From NCBI GenBank assembly GCA_024626585.2, contig JANKJI020000002.1, positions 260,326,619 through 260,351,862 on the forward strand: 25,244 nt of DNA. The letters run 5' to 3'. Each line of letters opens with the position of its first letter. The first letter of the stretch is position 1. Below, in pieces: positions 1 to 11,085 of this stretch. The position numbers were made by a program, and so were the translations under genes. The notes under the pieces are model-generated. The model ran no database searches, was not told where the DNA came from, and was given only the letters and a program-made list of their open reading frames with translations. The DNA comes from Ginkgo biloba. Lineage: Eukaryota > Plantae > Ginkgophyta.

Positions 1-40
1 ATCTTGGATCTATCTACCTAAGTACATATTTAAAGAGGAG

Positions 41-445
41 TTAAAGATTAAACCACTTTGATATAAGACATACACTATTTTAGAGAAGTATGGGGAGAAT
101 TATTTTCATTTTGAGTTATCTCCCTATATGGTTCTACATCTAGTGTTTACTATAGACAAGTTAAAATTATATAAACCCTAATTGTTAGATGAGATAGATA
201 TAAATATTTATAAAAACCCAGATGGTTTTCATATAGACTATATAGAATCACTTTCCAAGGATAGGGTATTTCAGTATCAAGTTAAGAAGACTCAATCTTC
301 TATAAATAGTTGTTTCCTTGTAATAAATAAGGGATGATATCCTCACTAGGACTAATGGATGACTTTAGATAAACTACAAGCTTATATGCCTAATTTTCTA
401 TATAAAGAAATAGGGACCATTGCTTCCCAAAGGGTGAGTAATTGA
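41..445 (+). mobile_element. Decayed Ty3/gypsy (chromovirus-like) pol 3' end: integrase C-terminal GPY/F region, possible chromodomain remnant and PPT-like tract
   Basis: Manual translation from 41 gives LKIKPL*YKTYTILEKYGENYFHFELSPYMVLHLVFTIDKLKLYKP, which resembles the KLxPxxYGPFxILExIGxNAYxLxLPxxxxxHxVFNVxxLKxY motif. Further on it reads ...CFLVINKG*YPH*D*WM...GTIASQ, then AAAGGGTGAGTAATTGA followed by TG at 446 (possible LTR start). Multiple stop codons. Confidence 0.65.
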
Positions 446-1789
446 TGTGTCAAAGGACACAAGGGAATATATAATTTAGTCCCATAGGTTATAGACTTTA
501 AAGGTATATGACCAAAGGGAATATATTGAGAGGATAATTTCCATTTAATGTTTATTTAATAAGATTTTTCTCCACCTTTGGTTTCTTATTAGTGAGCATA
601 ATCTCTACCATCCATTGTGTTAGTTTCCTTCTAGAATTCACTAAGGTCAAGGGCCCCTTGTATGGATAATACCCTTGAGAACCTATGATAGTATTATAGT
701 TACTTTTGTTGTATGAGCATGCTTGCATTACCTTCTACTCCATGTTGAGAACCTTGGATAATCTTTATAAGAAAACCTTAGATATTATATTTTACACGTA
801 TTCTTATCAAGTAATATTATACTATTATTTTGAAGTTACATTCTTTATCTTCTTATTGACTAGGATATTTTCTTTTGTCTTTGATTAGGTATTGTACTTG
901 TCTTTTCTAATCTAAAACCTAGAATGTTTATAATGAAAGAAAAATCAAAATTTCATAATCATTAATAGTAATCAATATTATAATAGATTTAAACTCTAAT
1001 TTAAAATAACTGAGAAAGTGGAGATACTATCCATAATTAAAATTATTTATCCCTTAAAATAGGACTGAAATTAGAGTGATCAGAAACTTTCTATCCTTCA
1101 AGAAGACAACTTACATTTGTATATAGAGTCACAAACTATAAAGTTTGGTAAAATCTTAGGGTATTTCCCAGTAATTATAAATAAATCCCAAGTTTATGGC
1201 TTGGNNNNNNNNNNNNNNNNNNNNNNNNNNNNNNNNNNNNNNNNNNNNNNNNNNNNNNNNNNNNNNNNNNNNNNNNNNNNNNNNNNNNNNNNNNNNNNNN
1301 NNNNACCACTACTCTAAGTGAAAATGTTCATATTGATACTATTCCTTGCAAATTTATCATGATCATGTTACTTCATAATAACCATCAATGTATTGATGTA
1401 ATTTTTATAGTTCTTATATATTATTTTATTGTCTATCATATATGGTATAGTGTATTAGAACTTATCCAATGTTGTGTATCCATTCTATACCTATTAAATG
1501 GGTTGTGATTTTATAAATAATACATCCAATCTCAATAGGTGATTATGATTATTTTATTTTGTTAAGTTATCATATACCGTTTTGAGTTTACTACCCTATG
1601 TTAATGGGAAAAAAGGTTTTATAGCTTGCATTTTTATTATTAATATAAGGCTTGATATTTTTAAAAGATACAAAAAAAGAAATGTCATGGACCCCAAAAT
1701 TTATTAAACACAATAATAATCTCCAATATGACACACATATAACCCACTAATGTGGGGCCCACAAATCTAAAGCTTTCAATCATTATCAA

Positions 1790-2560
1790 ATATAAAGTAA
1801 AAAAAAATGGATGTCTATTTCATTTATCCTATTGGTTGTAGTAAATGGGTTACTAATATAGTAATTGTTTGGAAGAAAAATAGTTCCATTAATATATGCA
1901 TAGACTAATGTGGTATTGATAAGGCATGTCCAAAGGATAATTATCTTACTTCCATTTGTAATGAATTCATTTATCACTCAACCTATTATGAAATCCTATC
2001 ACCAACTTCTTATATTACAACCAAATCCTAATATTTGATTGTAATAGAGGAAAGTCACATTTATAACCTATTAAGGTACGTTTACTTATCATGTAATTCC
2101 TTTTGGAATTTAGAATGATAGGGAAATTTTTTAATGAGTGATTATATTTTTTTGACATCATCATAGATGTCATGAATATATTTCTTAGTGATTTGCCAAC
2201 TAGATCTAAAAGGCAAAATGATATTTTTTTCTCACCTTACACATCTTTGAAAGATGTTATAAATCCAAAATAATCCTCAACCTAGCCAAATGTGTATTCA
2301 GTATTATCACTAGGCATTAATAAAGTTTTATTTTATCAAGGTATGGTATTTCCATTTACCCTAATAAAGTCAAAGTAATTCTAAAAATTCCTCCACCTTA
2401 AACAACATATGAAATCTTATACTTCCAAGGGAAGGTTAATTTTATGTGTTATTTTATTTAATATTACGCTTTGAAATTAAAAGGCCTTCTATGCATACTT
2501 CAAAAGGATATCCCATTCATGGGGAAGAAACAAGCATAATAAACCTTTGATGAACTAAAA
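1790..2560 (+). mobile_element. Decayed Ty3/gypsy reverse transcriptase, Tat/Ogre-like (non-chromovirus)
   Basis: Manual translation from 1807: MDVYFIYPIGCSKWVTNIVIVWKKNSSINICID*CGIDKACPKDNY (cf. WVSNxVxVxKKxGxxRxCxDFxDLNKACPKDxFP). Later: KVTFITY*GTFTYHVIPFGI*N, ILNLAKCVF, GISIYPNKVKVILKIPPP, FQGKVNF, LQKDIPFI. Stops and frameshifts throughout. KACPKD is typical of the Tat/Ogre lineages. Confidence 0.8.
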
Positions 2561-5500
2561 TAGACTCTCACAAGGATACTCATCTTAATGGCTCCAAATT
2601 TTATAAGGGTTTTATTTTTTATGTGTATGTTATTAACACTATAATTAGAGTGGTCCTAATAGAATAAGACCTTGAACTCATTAAGATAAAAAATTATNNN
2701 NNNNNNNNNNNNNNNNNNNNNNNNNNNNNNNNNNNNNNNNNNNNNNNNNNNNNNNNNNNNNNNNNNNNNNNNNNNNNNNNNNNNNNNNNNNNNNNNNATT
2801 TATTGTATCATATTTCATTTATACTAAATGTTTTCCTTATAGTGTCCCTATTAGGAATGGTACCAAATATAAGTGGTACTTATTTCTTCGGTCCTATCAT
2901 CCTCCCTACTTAAGTTAAAGCTTATAACAAGATGAAAATAATAAAAAAAGAATTTTTTTTTTTTTTTAATTTAAAACCTTGAGAAGTAGCAAAACAATGT
3001 TTGAAGGTTGTAAACACACTCAAATTGTTAAATGGTTACTCATAGATCCCACAGAGGTAAAAAATGAATGAAAACTTAAAAAAGTGACTAAATAAATCAC
3101 TAATGAACTTTGTAAAAGAGAGCCACAATCACATGGTCTAACCCAATGACCATGGGATTGCGTAAATTAAAAGTGACCCTAAAGTATAAACTTGTGATTA
3201 AATTTAATATTCTTTAAAAATAAAAATAAAAATTATATCCTACATAACTCCCATAGGCTCACAATTAAGTATTATATGTTTATCAACTTCAGGTGGCTAC
3301 CAAAATGGATGCAGGGTCTTAAGAAGGGTTATTAGAGCTCATTAGGCTTAAAAAACCAATGGGAAGGTTGTGAAACCAAAATAGAGGCACTAGAACCAAT
3401 TTTAATGGCGACACACCCTATATATGCCCTTTTAAGAGATCACATAGCCCATATAAGTTCAACGAGAGCCTACAAGATGGAGATATTATTATAATAGGTT
3501 TGCCTTACCCATAGGAATCCTATAAAGTGAGGAAATTGGTATGGAAAAGAGGTTGTAATTATAGAGAAGTAGAGGAAGAAAATAATCTCTTAAAAGGTAT
3601 ATTGAGTTACATAAGAAACTAAGAGACTTAGTAGATGATGGGTTATCTGAAAGGAGGGCACCTTATATTATAGAGGTTGTAGATGCTTTAGGTTAAGTGT
3701 GGGAGCAAACCATTATAGAGAAAAATGGGGTGGTTCTAAGGGAAAGGGTGGTTTTAAGAAACTAGGGGAAAAACCCCTAAAAATAAATGTATGCAACCAC
3801 TTAATGATTTAAAATATTGATTAAAACTAATGAAAACAATTGGAATGTGAGCCTTGATTGATGAAATATTTATAGCCCATAAATAAGGCTCTAATAATAA
3901 TTTATATGTACTAAAGTGATNNNNNNNNNNNNNNNNNNNNNNNNNNNNNNNNNNNNNNNNNNNNNNNNNNNNNNNNNNNNNNNNNNNNNNNNNNNNNNNN
4001 NNNNNNNNNNNNNNNNNNNNNNNNNNNNNNNNNNNNNNNNNNNNNNNNNNNNNNNNNNNNNNNNNNNNNNNNNNNNNNNNNNNNNNNNNNNNNNNNNNNN
4101 NNNNNNNNNNNNNNNNNNNNNNNNNNNNNNNNNNNNNNNNNNNNNNNNNNNNNNNNNNNNNNNNNNNNNNNNNNNNNNNNNNNNNNNNNNNNNNNNNNNN
4201 NNNNNNNNNNNNNNNNNNNNNNNNNNNNNNNNNNNNNNNNNNNNNNNNNNNNNNNNNNNNNNNNNNNNNNNNNNNNNNNNNNNNNNNNNNNNNNNNNNNN
4301 NNNNNNNNNNNNNNNNNNNNNNNNNNNNNNNNNNNNNNNNNNNNNNNNNNNNNNNNNNNNNNNNNNNNNNNNNNNNNNNNNNNNNNNNNNNNNNNNNNNN
4401 NNNNNNNNNNNNNNNNNNNNNATGTATGGCATATCAAATTAATTCCAACACACTAATTTAAAGTATTTTGATGTTTTGAATCACTCTAGGATGATTTTCA
4501 CTTGAGAATTGTGATAACACATTTGTAGGGTGATTCTTGATACAACATAAATTGAAAAGAGAATAATTATAGTTATAAAGAAACTTTGGAAACACACTTA
4601 AGCACTCTCAATGATATAATTTTACATTTATATNNNNNNNNNNNNNNNNNNNNNNNNNNNNNNNNNNNNNNNNNNNNNNNNNNNNNNNNNNNNNNTAAAG
4701 TCTTAAATCATAACTACTCTTAGATTCAACTCCATAGTCTGAGAAAATCAAGAATTCCCACTAATTATATAATCACAAAGGAATTGCAATCTTATTATAA
4801 GTGGAATTATATCCAAATCTTATGTGTCAAATGAATTTATAACAAATCCATCGCTTGGATTTTTAATGCATGCAACTTGAGTTAAGTGGAAGTGGTATCC
4901 CCTTAGTCTAAGTGTAAATCTCATCCCTTTCCCCCTCATCTAATGCTATAGTCTATTCCATTAACATATTTATCGAAACCATTATGCCAACACTTAAGTC
5001 TAGCCTTAAGTGTTTTTAATCGGGCTCCTAATTTTCCATTTTATCTATAACTAAAAAAATTTAGTCATCCAAAACCTACTATCCTCTTCCTTTAGGGAAT
5101 ATTCTATTATCAAGAAAAATGATTCCCTATTTACTTCCATGTTTACTAACCCTTATTATCTTATTTTCTCTCGTGTTGCAAGATTTTGGTTAAAGGCCAC
5201 TATACTTAACTTTAGTCAAACCTATGGGCATAATCCCAATGTGACTCAAACCATGATCAAGAGGTAAGGATTTTAATTCCCTTAATATCCTCAATCAATT
5301 CCACTTGAGGAGAAATGGTTAACTCTCATCTTATAGGAGAGAAAATAGGAGTTATCCATTATCTCTATCAGAGAATGAATGGGTCTTACCCCTTATCCTC
5401 TATCATTAAGGCTTGGATTTTATCCATAAAATCCTTTAAATACATACCTAATAGAGTTCTTAAATGATGTTAGAATTTTGGTGCAAAATCGAGGAGTGCA

Positions 5501-8500
5501 TAAAGACTCATCTATACATAAGAATTGATTTAGAGAAGTACAACAACGTGATAGAATAAAGCATTGACAAATCGAGAATGCTTTTAAGAGACTCTATACN
5601 NNNNNNNNNNNNNNNNNNNNNNNNNNNNNNNNNNNNNNNNNNNNNNNNNNNNNNNNNNNNNNNNNNNNNNNNNNNNNNNNNNNNNNNNNNNNNNNNNNNG
5701 ATTAAGATTAGATAGAGAGGTCCTAGTAGGTTTTACATATGTAGAAAAGGTAAATATAAAATTTCTTTGTCTTTATGGGGAGTAGAATAAGATCTAAGCA
5801 AGTTGTCATGACTTAAAGAGTTTAATAGGGATATCAATAATACCCCTTGATAACAAATAATGGGTTGAATGGTTCATTAAACAAGGATAATAATATACTA
5901 AAGAAAAGTTATTTTAAAATGGATATGGTGGATTGGCTTGAGGAAAATCATTAAGTAAGTACATAATATAAAAAATAATGTAATCTTCACTAAAGTAAAT
6001 GCAAGCAACACCCATAAATAAATATAGAGTAAAATGAGGTTAATTATAAATAAGATAGCAATGTTGTAATTGGATAATAAGAAAGGCAAAGTCAAGCAAC
6101 TTATGAAAGGTGAAAAAAAAAACTCCATAAAATAAGATTAGAATTATAAACCCTTAGTTTCAAGTAATTAATGAGTTATTTGCTTCATTAATTGGATGTT
6201 AAAAATATAAATATATACCTCTGATGAATAAATATATTTTTTGCTTAAAAAAAATAGAGAGACTACCATTCTTAAGCCAATGAAAAATTTTCCAACTAAA
6301 TCCCTTCATAGCCATAATTTACACCATTATCATTATATTATTAGTAAATATTATTGTCTTCTACACCAACATTTAAAGATTCTCCTTTTATATAAACACC
6401 CTTCCAATACTCTTCTCTTACCACATCATTTATAGGTGACTGAGGTTCAACATATTGTGTATATACTCATTCATTATCATTAGCATAAGATCTTGAATAA
6501 ATTCTTTCTTTTGACTGATGAGATTTGATAAGCTTTAATTCAGTGGTGAATGGAATCTACCATGCAACATCTTTTTCTATTTGAACGTAATGATATCCTT
6601 TTTTTTTGTTGTCAAATAGCTTGATTGTATTAAGTAAATTTAAAGTTAAAAAAATGGTCACGTTAACAGCCTCAACATAGAGCCAAATGGACATTCTTGC
6701 ATAAACTCACAACCTTCAAATACCATGCAAGGCATTAGGAGATAACGATCTAAGTAAATTAGGCGGTCCAACGAAAACTAGGGAGCCATACTGACCCTAT
6801 AGCTAATAAAAATAAAAAACCCTAGAAAAATGGCCTTGTAGGGCTCTAAAATAAAACCTTCATAAAGTAATTCACCAAATAATAAAAAGTCACCTATAGG
6901 GATGATACCCCACGAAGCAACATAGTCAAAACATAATAGAGTAAATCTATATAATTCACTTGATTTTTGAAACCACGCAAGGTATCAAATTGAAGTAGGC
7001 TACTTGCATAGACCATCGTTTGGAGAAAATTGAATTGTAAAAATAAAAAAATAACGTCATAGAGTGAGCACCCCACTGGGGAGCCACTATGACTAAAAAA
7101 ATATACTTAGAACTAGGTTTCACCATTATAGAGAGATGCCCCTGTAGGGCTGAGTAAGAAGAGGGGTTAGAGAATAAGTCAAGCCTCTTCATAGAGTTGA
7201 CCAAAAGCCCACGAGGTAAAGGGTACATAGAGAATGACCATATGATTCCCACATTGATTAAGCAAGTTACAAAGAGAACACAGTACCAAGGCCTAACTTC
7301 TGTAAGGAGATGATGAGGACCCCACAAAATGAGAGAGCTCCGAGAGGTGAAAACCTCTAAGAAGAAGTCTATTCAAAATTGCAAAGTCGCCCAAAGTTGC
7401 CCATTAAAAACTGCTTTAATGTAACTAAGTACATTGAAAAATTAAATAGGAATTAACACCTGCAGGAAGCACCCATCGAAAACCACAAGCCCACGCTATT
7501 TTCTAGAGGTGTTATCCTCCATGATAACAAGATAACTCCTCCTTATAAATTGACAGACCATTGCCATCAATGACCTTGGATCCGAACCCTATAAGGGCTA
7601 AGGAAGGAAGAAACTTGCTATCAAGCAAGAGGGAAAGCACCTCGCTCTCTAGGGTAANNNNNNNNNNNNNNNNNCTTATCCAAGACCCCCCATGAAATAA
7701 AATATAATGATATCCTTTTTGCAAGGCATAACATATATTTATTTTACTTAAAAAAATTAAGTCTAATAATGATTATTTTCTACCACATGAATCAATAAAA
7801 TAATTAATAAATGCTTGTGGTTTTCAATAAGGATTTACTAGTTGGCCTCCACTTGCACACATAGACTTAAAGACAAATAATTTATAGGCCTCCAATGACT
7901 AAGTACAAAGAAGACTAGGTAGAATACTACTAACTTATAGAATAAGTTTTTGACCTAAAATTGAGAANNNNNNNNNNTTTGAACTCTTATGGCGAGTTTC
8001 TCTCCCGTTCTTAAAATAAAAACACAGTATGTAAGCAAGTTAGGAATTAATAGGTAGAGATGTACTTTCCTCCTTAACAACTTGCACAAAGAACTTGCAA
8101 GTCGAGACTAATTTGTCTAGAATAAGCTAGAGGAGATCAACACCTTCCTCCATGGAGTTTTGAAGACAAAAGAACCATTAGCAAAATTATAACTTTGATA
8201 TCTCGATGAATACATATTTTTGNNNNNNNNNNNNNNNNNNNNNNNNNNNNNNNNNNNNNNNNNNNNNNNNNNNNNNNNNNNNNNNNNNNNNNNNNNNNNN
8301 NNNNNNNNNNNNNNNNNNNNNNNNNNNNNNNNNNNNNNNNNNNNNNNNNNNNNNNNNNNNNNNNNNNNNNNNNNNNNNNNNNNNNNNNNNNNNNNNNNNN
8401 NNNNNNNNNNNNNNNNNAAACCTGAATGCCACTACCCATGGTTCTTCAAATATGAAACTCTTTCACTTATGTTTTCTTTGCTTATGGAATGCAATTTCCA

Positions 8501-9384
8501 CTAGAGTAGTGCAATAAGTGTAAGATAAAATGTGTACAATACAACTACATCATTCATGTGTGTAGAGTATATTAAGTCTTAGGTGCCCCACTTCCGCAAG
8601 CATAACAAAAAAGGGCCAAGACCATATGGTTAGTTATGAGCATCTTATCTTCATAGCAAAATCTTACACTTAACCAAGGGGTGTGATGTCCTTTACATCC
8701 CACATCTCCACAAATTTTAAACTTGTTAATTAGCCTTAATCAAATCTTAAAACTGACCATTCATACTCCATTAACGAAAGAGCATCCTTACCCTACAAGA
8801 AAATTTAATCCAAACATTTCAATTCTAAGTCAAATTGGAACATTTATCCCCAATTTGGTATTGGATACGCCTTTAGACTCCATCTACCAAGAGAAAAGAA
8901 CCTTTTTATGGATATGGGCGGGATTCAAATATTTTTCCCCTTGGCTCTATAGGAGTCTTCGTTCTATTTTTCTATACACACGCATAACCATTTCCTCTTC
9001 TGCAAGCTATACACACGCTTCTGGTCTGGGTTCGTGTTAACGTTATTATAAGGTGTGGTTATGGCGGAGTAGAGCTCGTAGGGTCCTCATGATCTGCGGT
9101 TGATAGGGTATATCTGTGGTGCAAGCCCCAAGTATCGAGGGTTTCAGGAGCATTTAATACAATTTTAGGTTTATGGAGTTTCTCCTTTTTGAAAGCTCCA
9201 TCCATAGTACTTCTCTTCCACTGTCTCTCCGATAGTGAGNNNNNNNNNNNNNNNNNNNNNNNNNNNNNNNNNNNNNNNNNNNNNNNNNNNNNNNNNNNNN
9301 NNNNNNNNNNNNNNNNNNNNNNNNNNNNNNNNNNNNNNNNNNNNNNNNNNNNNNNNNNNNNNNATCGAAGTTTTTGAAACTGAC

Positions 9385-9392
9385 TAGGGTTT
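9385..9392 (-). promoter_or_regulatory. Telo-box (AAACCCTA on the minus strand) just upstream of the API5 ATG
   Basis: TAGGGTTT at 9385-9392, 16 nt before the ATG. Telo-boxes are common in 5' regions of plant growth and translation genes. A function here is not shown. Confidence 0.4.
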
Positions 9393-9408
9393 GAAGAACA
9401 CCTGAAAC

Positions 9409-9492
9409 ATGGCATTGGCTGAAGAAATAAACGACGTGGAGAAACTTTACGAATACGGAGAGCGCCTCAACGAAGCCAAAGACAAATCAAAG
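9409..9492 (+). CDS. API5: API5 homolog, coding exon 1 (MALAEEINDVEKLYEYGERLNEAKDKSK)
   Basis: ATG at 9409 (context AAACATGG). The peptide matches the remembered plant API5 N-terminus pattern IEKLYExxERLNxxxDKS. Donor AAG|GTATCT at 9493, phase 0. Too short to appear in the ORF track. Confidence 0.93.
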
Positions 9493-9716
9493 GTATCTTT
9501 TTTATACTTTAATTTCTTTTACAAATAAAATTTTCAACTGTTGCAATCCTCGAAATAACTTTTACACCTTTTATGGAGTCTTGCATTATTCCTGAAATTG
9601 AAGTTGCCGTGGAAGCCTGGTATTCGTGTGGTACTCATTGCTCTTTGTCTGTCATTCAGAACTCAATGTCGTTTTTAGCCATTAGTGTGCAATGTTATTG
9701 AACTTTGCAATGAGAG

Positions 9717-9950
9717 TTTTAGCTGTATTACAATTTGTTTATTTTGACGGTATGGCAGCATGACGATGGTTATAGTGGCGTTTTTTTTTCGTTGTTGATA
9801 TCACTGAACTCTGCTTCTTTCAGTTTTAGCTGTATGTCAAGCTGTTTATTTCTTTCTGGCACGGCGGCGTGAGAGTGATACATTGGATTTTTAGCAGTTT
9901 CACAATTTGTCTTTTGAATGGCATGGCAGCATGAGAGTGATTACATTGGA
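9717..9950 (+). repeat. Three degenerate copies (about 62-64 bp) of the intron 1 / exon 2 junction
   Basis: Copies at 9717-9778, 9824-9887 and 9888-9950 share TTTTAGCxGT..CAA..TGT.T.TTT..GG(C/T)A(T/C)GGC(A/G)GC(A/G)TGA. The last two also share GAGTGAT(T)ACATTGGA. Confidence 0.8.
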
Positions 9951-10091
9951 ATAATAGCAGCAGCGAAGGGAAGTAGCAAAGCAAAACAGTTGGCAGCACA
10001 GCTTATCCCACGCTTCTTCAAGCATTTTCCGGGTCTGTCGGCGGAGGCCATCAATGCACATTTTGATTTGTGCGAAGAAGATGAGTTGGGG
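9930..10091 (+). CDS. API5: API5 exon 2 (HESDYIGIIAAAKGSSKAKQLAAQLIPRFFKHFPGLSAEAINAHFDLCEEDELG)
   Basis: Lies within ORF 9918..10142. KQLAAQLIPRFFKHFP and DLCEEDE are characteristic of API5. Acceptor GGCAG| at 9929, donor GGG|GTGAGT at 10092. 162 nt, phase 0/0. Confidence 0.95.
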
Positions 10092-10719
10092 GTGAGTCAG
10101 TCTTCCTCTTCTTCAAGAACCTACAAATGCTTACAATTTTAACCTAGATGATGATGATGATGCTCTGGACCAAGCTGCTAAAGGGCCCGGTCTTGCGAGT
10201 CCTGTGGTGCTATCATGTGGTGTGAATTGAACTAGTGACAACAGTGAGGTGAAAGTGTCTTGCAGAAACACTGGATCAAGTCCCTTTTATTCCATGTGAA
10301 ATGAAAGATCCAGCTGTCTGATCTTAACAGGATTCTGACTATTTTTGGTTAGATCTTATGCTCAAAAGGATGTTATTTCTGTTTTTTGACTTTCAGAGAA
10401 GTATATAATGAGATATCCATTATTAAATGTTGGATCTCTGAATGGAAGATTATGAGGCAGCCATCAGAGAGGAGCGAGGTCACGTGGGGGGATCAGCTTT
10501 GGGGTATTTGGTGTTAAGAGGAAGTGCAATTCTTTCCTATAGACCACAGTCTGTCTGATAAATATCTGGAGCATCCACAAAGTTCGGGGCTTCATTTTAG
10601 CTGCTGACAGAAAGACGGGGGTGGTGCTGCCTCCTGGTTGCCTAGAGTGTTCAAAAGAATCTCTTCACCTTCATGTGCTTCTTACAGTTTGTTTTTGCCT
10701 TAATCCTCTTTTTTGGGAC

Positions 10720-11085
10720 AAAGAAAAAAACTTCCTACTAACAAGTTTTTCAAATACTTGATCAACAAAAGGGAGTAGAAAGTGGTCCTTCCTTGTGGTT
10801 ATATTAAGATCTTGGTAGTCTACATAAGCTTGCCACTTTCCCCTTTCTTGGGCATTGAAAACAAGTGTGAAACCCATTGGTTGTTAAATATTGGATAAAT
10901 TAGGCTTGTAGATAATTTATTTTCTAATTAAATCTTCATAATTTGCATCATATTGGGATTGAGATGGTATTAAGGCTATGACACTAGGTTGGCATCATCT
11001 TTGGTGAAGATATATTGTTGGCGAATACTAGGCACTATTCCTTTTAAATCTTGATGGTTCCATGCAAGAAAAAATATTTCTACTA
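10720..11085 (-). mobile_element. Antisense Ty3/gypsy RT N-terminal fragment, Athila-like, in API5 intron 2
   Basis: Minus strand reads FLAWNHQDLKGIVPSIRQQYIFTKDDANLVS*P*YHLNPNMMQIMKI*L...LIYPIFNNQWVSHL, then a frameshift, then GKWQAYVDYQDLNITTRKDHFLLPFVDQV. Compare the Athila pattern IYPISDSxWVSP...WRxCxDYRxLNxATRKDHFPLPFIDQ. Confidence 0.85.

Noticed and set aside
3754-4461. Long ORFs in the track (also 8137-8517, 18045-18604 and 23615-24198)
   Set aside because: They stay open only because they run through N-gaps and are almost entirely X residues.
2800-6600. Further coding remnants in the upstream AT-rich region
   Set aside because: Probably old TE debris, but I could not recognise any diagnostic motif on either strand. 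A translated HMM search would be needed.
8940-9408. 5'-UTR exon and intron of API5 (e.g. AAG|GTGTGG at 9053)
   Set aside because: Plausible but untestable without transcripts, and a 124-nt gap covers the critical part.
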